From: Trichormus sp. ATA11-4-KO1
GTDB lineage: Bacteria > Cyanobacteriota > Cyanobacteriia > Cyanobacteriales > Nostocaceae
NCBI GenBank assembly: GCA_019358915.1
Contig: JAHHIM010000055.1
Span: forward strand, 224,001 to 288,000
Direction of reading: 5' to 3'
Length of the DNA stretch: 64,000 nucleotides
In this document: positions 47,474-55,982 of the stretch, in pieces
How the letters are laid out: the number at the start of each line of letters is the position of its first letter
Position numbering within the stretch: the first letter of the stretch is position 1
Notes under the pieces: generated by a model
The model's database searches: none
What the model was told of the DNA's origin: nothing
Seen by the model: only the letters and a program-made list of their open reading frames with translations
Made by a program: the position numbers and the translations under genes

Positions 47474-48523
47474 TTATGTTTTTAAGGCTGCATTCAAAAT
47501 ATCGCGGTGCATGAAAGCACGATCTACTAAAGATTGAATTTGCTCAGACGAAAGTGGATCACCATTGGCGTAATGTTCCATCCAAGTTGTACTAATTACA
47601 TTGGGATCATCTGGTAAATTTACCAAATCCCACCCAGGTATTGCTAATTCTTCCATTAAACGATTTACCTTGGGATCGTAACTCAAAGCAAAACAGCGAC
47701 AACCTTCAGATGCAGCCATAATTAAGCTGTGCAGGCGCATCCCAATTGCCATTTCTACGCCTTGATAAACACCTTTTAAAAGTTGCGGATCTTCTAAAAT
47801 GAGAATTTTGCTGACATCTTTTAATTGGGGTTGAATTGCTTCAGCAATTGCTAAATCTTCACTTTTTTGAAATGGCAGCAGTAATATAAATGCTTGAGTA
47901 GCTTTTTGAAAGTCCACTAAGGCGCGAGTCAAGTTCGCCAAACGTGCTGCTGTGAGTTGGGGATGATTTCTGAAGGTGACAGCCACTCTCGGTGCTGGTA
48001 ACTTCCCAAGTCCTGGTACTGGTTTACTCTCCAACGCCCAAACTGGATCAGGTGCAAGTAGACAAGGAATTTGCCAATCAGCTAATAAAGCCGCACTAGA
48101 GCGATCGCGGACACTAACTTTGGTACAACCAGTAAAATTTTGCCTTGCTAACCAACGAGTTGGCGATCGCTTTAATGGGCCGATACCTTGCGCCCAAGCA
48201 ACAGTTTTTAAACCCATGATTTGGGCTAATGCCATCAGTCCCCCATAATAAAATGGACTTATGGTACTGGTAACATCCTGAATTAAACTCCCACCGCCCC
48301 AAATCAAAGCATCGCTAGAGCGCAAAGCCTGTAATACAGGTAAAATAGCCATGCGATGATAACTTTCCACCCCATAGCGATCGCGGGTTTCCTGGGGATT
48401 GCCAGAAAGCACCACAGGCGTGACATGAGGTGGTAGCATTTGCAAAAGCGTCGCCAATAAAGCCTCGTCACCACCATTACCTTTACCGTAATACCCAGAC
48501 AATAACGCCCGCATCTTCCCCAT
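47474..48523 (-). CDS. csaB: Polysaccharide pyruvyl transferase CsaB
   Basis: GYYGKGNGGDEA, GGGSLIQD, MRLH, SYDPKV. Confidence 0.93.
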   Translation of the reverse strand: MGKMRALLSGYYGKGNGGDEALLATLLQMLPPHVTPVVLSGNPQETRDRYGVESYHRMAILPVLQALRSSDALIWGGGSLIQDVTSTISPFYYGGLMALAQIMGLKTVAWAQGIGPLKRSPTRWLARQNFTGCTKVSVRDRSSAALLADWQIPCLLAPDPVWALESKPVPGLGKLPAPRVAVTFRNHPQLTAARLANLTRALVDFQKATQAFILLLPFQKSEDLAIAEAIQPQLKDVSKILILEDPQLLKGVYQGVEMAIGMRLHSLIMAASEGCRCFALSYDPKVNRLMEELAIPGWDLVNLPDDPNVISTTWMEHYANGDPLSSEQIQSLVDRAFMHRDILNAALKT

Positions 48524-48556
48524 TTTGAATTTTGAATTTTGAATTTTTAATTACTT

Positions 48557-48904
48557 ATGCACGCTCTTTCGATTCCCACCTGGATTATTCACGTTTCTAG
48601 CGTTATTGAGTGGATTGTCGCCATTTGGTTAATCTGGACTTACGGCGAACTCACTGGTAACCGTAGTTGGTGGGGATTATCCCTGGCCATGTTACCAGCT
48701 TTGGTTAGTGCTATGTGTGCCTGTACTTGGCATTATTTCGACAATCCCGAATCTCTCGAATGGCTGGTAACGCTACAAGCTACCATGACATTAGTTGGTA
48801 ATTTTACGCTTTGGGCTGCTGCGGTGTTGATTTGGCGTTCCACTAAGTCTGCCGATCCTGAAACTAATGTTGTTGCAGCCCCATCTATTAAAACAGAGTC
48901 ATGA
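48557..48904 (+). CDS. DUF2499 (Ycf49-like) protein
   Basis: MHALSIPTWIIHVSSVIEW, CACTWH. Confidence 0.88.
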   Translation: MHALSIPTWIIHVSSVIEWIVAIWLIWTYGELTGNRSWWGLSLAMLPALVSAMCACTWHYFDNPESLEWLVTLQATMTLVGNFTLWAAAVLIWRSTKSADPETNVVAAPSIKTES

Positions 48905-49194
48905 TGTCTAAAGAAACCCTATTTGCGCTTTCGTTGTTTCCCTACTTGGGTTTCTTGTGGTTTATTAGCCGCAGTCAGCAAATGCCGCGTTTGGCACTAT
49001 ATGGATTTTATGGCACTCTTGTGTTTGTTGCCGTTACCATCCCGGCGGGAATTTATGCCCAACTACATTATGGCGAGTCTTTGGCTAATGTGGATTGGCT
49101 GCACGGCGGGGCAGAAGTTTTTTTAACGCTTTCTAACATCTTGATTGTGCTGGGTTTTGCACAAGCCGTTAGACAATTAAAAATTAAAAATTAG
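48901..49194 (+). CDS. DUF3593 protein
   Basis: LFALSLFPYL, LANVDWLHGGAE. Confidence 0.88.
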   Translation: MMSKETLFALSLFPYLGFLWFISRSQQMPRLALYGFYGTLVFVAVTIPAGIYAQLHYGESLANVDWLHGGAEVFLTLSNILIVLGFAQAVRQLKIKN

Positions 49195-49304
49195 GCGTTG
49201 CTGATTGAAAATATGAATTTATCTCGCGCAAAGGCGCAAAGGCGCAAAGGTACAAAGAAAAATCAGGGTGATTTTAGCATTTCATATTCTGATTCAGCAA
49301 CGCC
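49194..49304. mobile_element. MITE with 11-bp TIR and 8-bp target duplication
   Basis: GGCGTTGCTGA...TCAGCAACGCC; AAAAATTA at 49186-49193 and 49305-49312. Confidence 0.8.
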
Positions 49305-49344
49305 AAAAATTAAAACCCAAGTATTGAGTATGAGGGACAGGTAA

Positions 49345-50118
49345 ATGGATGTCATTCCAGCGATTGATTTACTAGACGGGCGCTGTGTGCGACTGTATCA
49401 GGGAGATTATCAGCGATCGCAGGTTTTTAGTGAAAATCCGGTTGATGTGGCTAAACAGTGGGTTGACCAGGGTGCGACTAGGTTACATATAGTTGATTTA
49501 GATGGGGCGAAAGCCGGTAAAGTTGTGAATCTGGTGGCAATTGAGGCGATCGCTCAAGCAATATCCATACCAATTGAAATCGGTGGGGGATTGCGCGATC
49601 GCGCTAGTGTGCAACAAGTGTTTAGTTTAGGTGTGCAGTGGGCAATCTTGGGAACCATCGCTGTAGAACAACCCCAGCTAGTCCAAGAACTCTGCCAAAA
49701 TTTTCCTAACAAAATTATTATCGGCATTGATGCCCGCGATGGACTAGTAGCAACTCGTGGTTGGTTAGAAACTTCGCAAGTTTTAGCTACCCAATTGGCA
49801 GTGCAAATGCAAGAATTTGGTGCAGCCGCGATCATCTACACTGATATTCACCGTGATGGGACTCTTACAGGCCCTAATTTAGACGCTTTACGAGAACTCG
49901 CTAGTACTATTTCTATCCCTGTAATTGCTTCTGGCGGAGTTAGTTCTGTTACCGATTTGTTGAGTTTGCTGGCTTTAGAACCGCAAGGCGTCACAGGTGT
50001 AATTGTGGGTCGTGCTTTGTATACTGGCGATATTTCGTTGAGGGAAGCACTGCGAGCGATCGGCCCAGGGCGGATTCAGGATATCCCCCCAAATCTAGAT
50101 TTTTCTACCTTTGCTTAA
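49345..50118 (+). CDS. hisA: ProFAR isomerase
   Basis: [37 protein letters not shown]. Confidence 0.96.
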   Translation: MDVIPAIDLLDGRCVRLYQGDYQRSQVFSENPVDVAKQWVDQGATRLHIVDLDGAKAGKVVNLVAIEAIAQAISIPIEIGGGLRDRASVQQVFSLGVQWAILGTIAVEQPQLVQELCQNFPNKIIIGIDARDGLVATRGWLETSQVLATQLAVQMQEFGAAAIIYTDIHRDGTLTGPNLDALRELASTISIPVIASGGVSSVTDLLSLLALEPQGVTGVIVGRALYTGDISLREALRAIGPGRIQDIPPNLDFSTFA

Positions 50119-50683
50119 CAGCAATTTGATATAAAAGTTAATATCTAGTACCGACAATCAGCCGACATCTTCTAGCTGTGCATCCTGCTGTTACAGTCCT
50201 TCCAGGAGTCTTCAGGCAGGATGTACTAGGTTAAAAGTCGGTTATTTTTTTTGATTTCCGGAACAGTAATTTATACTGTTGTAGTTTAAGTAGTAGAAAT
50301 TAAGTAATAGTTAAGTATATTTCTATGACTCGTCAAGAACCTCCTAATAATGGCAAGCCTCGTAAAACTGAACCTGGTGCCATCCGCATCAAAAGCCAAA
50401 AAAATATCATTGATAAACAGCAGGACAAAAAACTCGATGGAAAAGAATAGATTCTAGTGTGTTAATTTTTACTAAATTTTAGTAAATTTCTTGAAGAAAA
50501 ATTTAAAAAAGAATGGGTTTCCTCTGGGATAGAGACGTGAACATGATAACCGTCTCTATTTTTTTATGTAAATTTTTGGACTATTTGGACAATACGGTCA
50601 ATTTTTTTTAACGAACCGCACAGGCGCAGAGAACACAGAGAGAAGGAATCAATCCGATCAATATCTTGAACTATTTGTACAAA

Positions 50684-50930
50684 GATCAGATTCAGGTTGG
50701 GGTGACACCTAAAGTAGAGATTTACCGGGAAGACAAGATTGTATTGTACCGTTTCCAGTCGGTTGTGAATTCGTTGAATATCCTATTCTTATCGTTTACG
50801 CTTTAGTCAACCGTCCCTATATTGTAGATTTACAGGAGGGGCGATCGCTAGTTGCTAATTTGCTCAAACTGGGGATGGATGTTTACTTAATTGATTGGGG
50901 ATATCCCAGTCATGATGATTGTTGTTTGAC
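50684..50930 (+). pseudogene. phaC: Remnant of class III PHA synthase PhaC
   Basis: [21 protein letters not shown], 1-nt frameshift, [42 protein letters not shown]. Confidence 0.85.
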
Positions 50931-51062
50931 GAATGAATTCTTTACAAGACTAAAACATGAGACTAGACTTTTAACTCATAATTCTATCTTTTGATTGAGT
51001 GACTCACCTAGATTATGAGTTAAATGAAAAGTATGAACTATGACTAACTAGTTGACTGGAAA

Positions 51063-51307
51063 TAAGTAGGTGGGTGGGAAATTTTATCGCTAGGATAAGG
51101 CAGAAGGCAGTCCCAATGAAACGAGTTTCACAGCCAAGTATGAAAGAGAGACTAGAAGCTAGAGACTAGAATTTTTACTCAGCACTCAGCACTCAGCACT
51201 CAGCACTTTCAAGTCAGAAGGCAGAAGGCAGGAGGCAGAAGGGAAGAGGGTTTTAAGCTGATTCATATTTCTTTACATAGTTGATTTTCTTTGTGCCTAC
51301 CTACTTA
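51063..51307. mobile_element. MITE (TIR TAAGTAGGT) containing nested element 51110-51214
   Basis: TAAGTAGGTGGG ... CCTACCTACTTA; nested copy flanked by CAGAAGGCA duplication. Confidence 0.65.
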
Positions 51308-51404
51308 ATTTATTGCTAATTAATAATTGGCAATTGTGTCATTCAAGATTTAAAACCTTTCCTTTCAAGGAGAAAAAAGAAAATAATTTTTTATTTATCA
51401 ACAG

Positions 51405-51442
51405 TTCGGCTTCGCTCACTGTTAACCCTGAGCGAAGCCGAA
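51405..51442. repeat. Perfect 14-bp inverted repeat (dispersed repeat family)
   Basis: TTCGGCTTCGCTCA-N10-TGAGCGAAGCCGAA; related half at ~16313. Confidence 0.7.
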
Positions 51443-51605
51443 GGGTCAATCCGCTTCCCTTTAAGGGAGAGGTAATTGTCAACTGTCCATTATTAATTTT
51501 CCATTGTTGAAGTTAGTTTAAAAACAACATAGCTTTCATGCTAATTCAGCTAATAGTTAACTAGGATAATTTCAAGATTCACACAAATCAGGAGTACAAA
51601 AGAAT

Positions 51606-52085
51606 ATGGAAAGCATTAACAGGGCAAAAATGACAGAACGTTACTGTGCTTTGATTCTCGGTATCATCTTTCTGTCATTAGGTTTAGCTGGGTTTGTACC
51701 AGCCTTAGTTTCATTACCAGGGACGAACGAATCTTATGTACCCCTGGATATATCTCCTAATGCCTATGCTGCCGGCTTTGGCTATTTATTTGGTGTATTA
51801 CCTACCAACTTCTTACATAATTTTGTACGCTGTGCCGTAGGATTATTGGGTATTGCTTCCTATACCAATGCCAGCAGCGCCCGCCTATTCAATCGTAGTT
51901 TTGCGATCGCTTATACCTTGCTGGCAATCATGGGATTATTACCTTTTGCCAAGACATTTTTTGGCTTAATGCCACTCTTTGGTAATAATGTTTGGCTCAA
52001 TGCCCTATCAGCGATCGCTGCGGCTTACTATGGCATTGTCATACCGTCCAAAGTCATGGGTGTTAATGTATCACAAAATCTTTAA
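51606..52085 (+). CDS. DUF4383 membrane protein
   Basis: AGFVP, LFGVLPTNFLHN, FGNNVWL; AGGAG RBS. Confidence 0.8.
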   Translation: MESINRAKMTERYCALILGIIFLSLGLAGFVPALVSLPGTNESYVPLDISPNAYAAGFGYLFGVLPTNFLHNFVRCAVGLLGIASYTNASSARLFNRSFAIAYTLLAIMGLLPFAKTFFGLMPLFGNNVWLNALSAIAAAYYGIVIPSKVMGVNVSQNL

Positions 52086-52386
52086 TATCTCAAACAAGGC
52101 AACAACAAATAAATTGTTGCACTTGATGTATGACAGTTTTCTTGTGGGATGGGCGTCTCGCCCGTCCACAATTATTATGTCTATCAAACAATTTTAGTCT
52201 TGCCACGCCACTACAGTAATTTCGTTTTTACTTGATAAAGAACCTTTCTATTCAGTCTTATTATTTATGTTGAATAAATTCTTCTACTTGTGATTTTATG
52301 TGGCGTTGTTTTCTTATTTAGCTAATTATGCAAATTGCCAATCAGCTAAACTTTGAACATGCATTTTGCATAGTAAAATAGCTTGT

Positions 52387-52400
52387 GTATCAACAGATAC
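52387..52400. promoter_or_regulatory. Consensus NtcA-type site upstream of sphR
   Basis: GTA-TCAACAGA-TAC (GTATC/GATAC palindrome); no well-spaced -10 found. Confidence 0.4.
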
Positions 52401-52788
52401 TAAACATTGCTGCTACTCAGCATTTAAACAGGCTTAAATCAGAATTTTTATGACAGTGTAAATGCTGTAAATAATAAACACATAACACTTAGTCACGACT
52501 GACTGAGAATAATTTTATTTTTCAGGCTTGGAATTTGTGTATGAAAAAATATGATTAATCGAATTCGTTGTTATCAAGACAGAATCGAATCTATTGAGGA
52601 ATTTAAGAGGCTAGGTTGCTAAAAGTACTTTTGGTAGCTTGCAATTGCAATGATTTATGATGTATTGTCATATATACTACTTTTTGCCAAAGAATTCACT
52701 ACGGTAGAAGCATAGATGCACTGAAGTTAGATAATTAATCTTATCAGCACAATTGATACAAGCACAAACCTAGATTTTTCTGTTATCA

Positions 52789-53541
52789 ATGTATACCAGT
52801 GAATCAATCAAGTACTCTACCAGAGCGGAAATCGGACAGACGAGCCGCATTCTCGTAGTAGAAGATGAAGAATTAATTCAAGAGATGCTAGCTGTAGCAT
52901 TGGAAGAAGAAGGTTTCGGGGTGATAACTGCTGCCGATGGGCGGTCAGCTGTAGAATATCTCAAAAGTTTTGAACTCAACTCAGGTGAGCCTCCTTTTGA
53001 CCTAATTATTCTTGATTTGATGCTACCTCATATTAATGGGTTAGATATCTGCCGCTTGCTACGTCATCAAGGAAACCCAGTACCAATATTAATCCTCAGT
53101 GCTAAAGGTAGTGAAACAGATCGCGTTTTGGGTTTAGAAGTAGGGGCAGATGACTACCTGACTAAACCCTTTAGTATGAGGGAATTAGTAGCTCGTTGTC
53201 GTGCCTTACTCCGTCGCCAACGCTTAAGCACTTTGCCACAACTCCCAGTACTCAAACACAAGGATGTCACTTTGAATCCCCAAGAGTGCCGTGTGCTGGT
53301 TCGTGGTCAAGAAGTGAATCTTTCCCCGAAAGAGTTTCGCCTGCTGGAACTATTTATGAGTTATGCTCGCCGGGTATGGTCACGGGAGCAATTGCTAGAT
53401 CAAGTTTGGGGGCCAGATTTTGTGGGAGATAGTAAAACTGTAGATGTTCATATCCGTTGGTTACGCGAAAAACTAGAGCAAGACCCTAGTCATCCAGAAT
53501 ACATTGTGACTGTCAGAGGTTTTGGCTATCGGTTCGGGTAA
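52789..53541 (+). CDS. sphR: PhoB-type response regulator SphR
   Basis: OmpR family (LDLMLP, KPF, DVHIRWLR, TVRGFGYRF); in operon with kinase and phoU. Confidence 0.88.
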   Translation: MYTSESIKYSTRAEIGQTSRILVVEDEELIQEMLAVALEEEGFGVITAADGRSAVEYLKSFELNSGEPPFDLIILDLMLPHINGLDICRLLRHQGNPVPILILSAKGSETDRVLGLEVGADDYLTKPFSMRELVARCRALLRRQRLSTLPQLPVLKHKDVTLNPQECRVLVRGQEVNLSPKEFRLLELFMSYARRVWSREQLLDQVWGPDFVGDSKTVDVHIRWLREKLEQDPSHPEYIVTVRGFGYRFG

Positions 53542-53600
53542 TCTGTTGAGATAGTTGTTAGTTTTTATTAATTACACAGCAACTAGCAACTCACACACGA

Positions 53601-54932
53601 ATGCTCTTATTGGGATTTTTTCTGGGTTTAGCGGTAGGTCTTGGGTTTTGGATTTGGCAACAGGTTCAACTAAACCATTACTTGGCGCGAGTACTCCAAC
53701 CGTTAACCTCTGGTTCTTCCAAGGTGGCGCTGCCGCTAATTTCTAGTTTGCAGCAGAAAATAGTCAAGGTAAAGCAGGAACGACAAGATTTGCAGCAGTC
53801 GTTGCAAACCTACCAAGACCTGCTAGATTTTGCACCACTGGGATATTTGCAGGTGGATGAAGAAAATCAACTGCTGTGGTGCAATCAGCAAGCGCGAGAG
53901 ATATTGTATCTGCAAAGATGGCAACCCGGACAAGTGCGCTTGCTGCTGGAGTTGGTGAGGTCTTATGAACTTGATCACTTAATTGAGCAAACTCGTGATT
54001 GGCAAAAATCACAGACTGTAGAGTGGTTGTTTCACCCCGCTTGTGATGATGTAGCACAAATGCCAAAGATAAAATCTTTGGCCTTGCGAGCTTCTAGTTT
54101 ACCCTTACCTAACGGACAGGTGGGAGTTTTTCTGGAAAATCGCCAACCACTGCTGGACATGAATCAAGAACGCGATCGCTCATTTTCTGATTTAGCTCAC
54201 GAGTTGAGAACCCCACTGACTTCAATTCGTCTGATTGTCGAAACTTTACAAAACCGCTTAGATCCACCTTTAAATCGCTGGGTTAACCGCCTGATGCAGG
54301 AAGTTGATCGGCTGATTAATTTAGTGCAAAGCTGGTTGGAACTCACCCAAATGGAAGCCAACCCCACCATGCAACTACATCTTGAAGTGGTGGAAGTGCG
54401 ATCGCTGATTACATGTGTTTGGGAAACATTAGAACCATTAACACAAAGGCAGCATCTGTCTTTATCTTATTCTGGCCCAGAAAATCTCTGGATTAAGGCA
54501 GATCCAGCCCGCATTTACCAAGTTTTTCTCAATTTACTGGATAACAGCATCAAATACAGTCCTCCTGGTACCAGCATTCACGTCCAAGCGAATATCTTAT
54601 CCACACAAGATACTCAGGGTAGTGATGGTGCTAGCCCAGTTTTAGAAATAAATCTTATTGATTCTGGAGTAGGTTTTTCAAAAACAGATTTGCCCCATAT
54701 TTTTGAGCGATTTTACCGGGGAGATAAAGCAAGAACTCATTCCCCTCTGCCAGATCATAAGTCTACAGGGGCAATAGTCGGTAATGGTTTGGGTTTGGCG
54801 ATCGTCCGGCAAATCATTGTTGCTCACGGTGGTTCAATCAAAGCCATGAACCATCCAGAAACTGGTGGTGCTTGGATGCAACTTCAACTACCTGAGGTTA
54901 TGGCAAACTCCCAAAGCCAAGATTATAGTTAA
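53601..54932 (+). CDS. sphS: PhoR-type histidine kinase SphS
   Basis: N-terminal TM, HELRTPL, NLLDNSIKY, GLGLAI. Confidence 0.88.
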   Translation: MLLLGFFLGLAVGLGFWIWQQVQLNHYLARVLQPLTSGSSKVALPLISSLQQKIVKVKQERQDLQQSLQTYQDLLDFAPLGYLQVDEENQLLWCNQQAREILYLQRWQPGQVRLLLELVRSYELDHLIEQTRDWQKSQTVEWLFHPACDDVAQMPKIKSLALRASSLPLPNGQVGVFLENRQPLLDMNQERDRSFSDLAHELRTPLTSIRLIVETLQNRLDPPLNRWVNRLMQEVDRLINLVQSWLELTQMEANPTMQLHLEVVEVRSLITCVWETLEPLTQRQHLSLSYSGPENLWIKADPARIYQVFLNLLDNSIKYSPPGTSIHVQANILSTQDTQGSDGASPVLEINLIDSGVGFSKTDLPHIFERFYRGDKARTHSPLPDHKSTGAIVGNGLGLAIVRQIIVAHGGSIKAMNHPETGGAWMQLQLPEVMANSQSQDYS

Positions 54933-54960
54933 GAATATCTTCACGTTTGAGACCACAAGT

Positions 54961-55635
54961 GTGAAAGCTGCCCTTGATGATCCCCATTTCCATCCCAAAA
55001 GTCCCCAGTTGGCACGCGCCATTAGGCGCTTAGAACGGGATGTCTTACGCATGGGAGCTTTGGTGGAACAATCTTTTCGCCTCAGCCACCAAGCGCTATT
55101 TGCCCGTAATTTGACAGCAGCTGAGGAACTTCCCCGATTAGATAAAAAAATTGATCGCTTTTATCGACAAATAGAATCAGACTGTACGGCAATCATGACA
55201 CTGCAAGCACCTACGGCTCAAGATTTGCGCTGCTTGAGTGCTTTTATGCAGTTGGTGCGGGACTTAGAGCGTATTGGAGATTACGCTGAAGATTTAGCGG
55301 AAATTGCTATTAAAATATTTCCTTATCCGCCTCATACTTCTTTACCAGAAATTGAACACATGTCCCACCATGCACAAGCAATGTTAGCGACTAGCTTAAA
55401 AGCTTTGGCAGATTTGGATGAAATTGGTGGGCGAGGTCTAAAGCACCTAGATGATGTTGTAGATAGTGCCTACGATCGCGTTTATCAGACTTTAGCCCAA
55501 CAACGCGATGTCCCTGGGGTAGTTGAACCAATTTTGTTGTTAGCACTAGTAATTCGTTGTCTGGAACGGATGGCAGATCATGCCACTAATATCGGTCAAA
55601 GAGTAGCATACATTGTCACCGGTCAACGTACTTAG
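54961..55635 (+). CDS. phoU: Phosphate signalling protein PhoU
   Basis: DLERIGDY, LERMADHATNI; GTG start at 54961 preferred. Confidence 0.93.
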   Translation: MKAALDDPHFHPKSPQLARAIRRLERDVLRMGALVEQSFRLSHQALFARNLTAAEELPRLDKKIDRFYRQIESDCTAIMTLQAPTAQDLRCLSAFMQLVRDLERIGDYAEDLAEIAIKIFPYPPHTSLPEIEHMSHHAQAMLATSLKALADLDEIGGRGLKHLDDVVDSAYDRVYQTLAQQRDVPGVVEPILLLALVIRCLERMADHATNIGQRVAYIVTGQRT

Positions 55636-55658
55636 TTAACTCTTAAGGATGAGGAATT

Positions 55659-55697
55659 GAGGATTGGTAATTTACCCACTTACCAATCCTCTTTTTT
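55659..55697 (+). terminator. Rho-independent terminator after phoU
   Basis: GAGGATTGGTAA/TTACCAATCCTC stem followed by a T-run. Confidence 0.7.
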
Positions 55698-55874
55698 GTC
55701 TGTTTATTTTTTATATAAAAAAATCTCATTACTTATAGCAATTGCCACATAGCTGAGGACATAAACCAAGCATCAAACCCAGACACTAAAGGATTTCCAG
55801 AACTATCCCCTATCCCCTGCTATCAATATTGTTTGCCAAAATACAAAAATTAAAAATTTGTTAACTAACATACA

Positions 55875-55918
55875 CTTCACTAAATGATTACCTTTTCTTA
55901 AACTTGCACGACTACAGT
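55875..55918 (+). promoter_or_regulatory. Putative Pho box (SphR) and -10 of phoX
   Basis: CTTCACTA-aat-GATTACCT-ttt-CTTAAACT at 11-bp period, then TACAGT at 55913. Confidence 0.5.
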
Positions 55919-55982
55919 AATCACATACAGTATTTATACTGTTTTTTATTTTACAAATGATGATTCTCGTGTAATCAAATTA

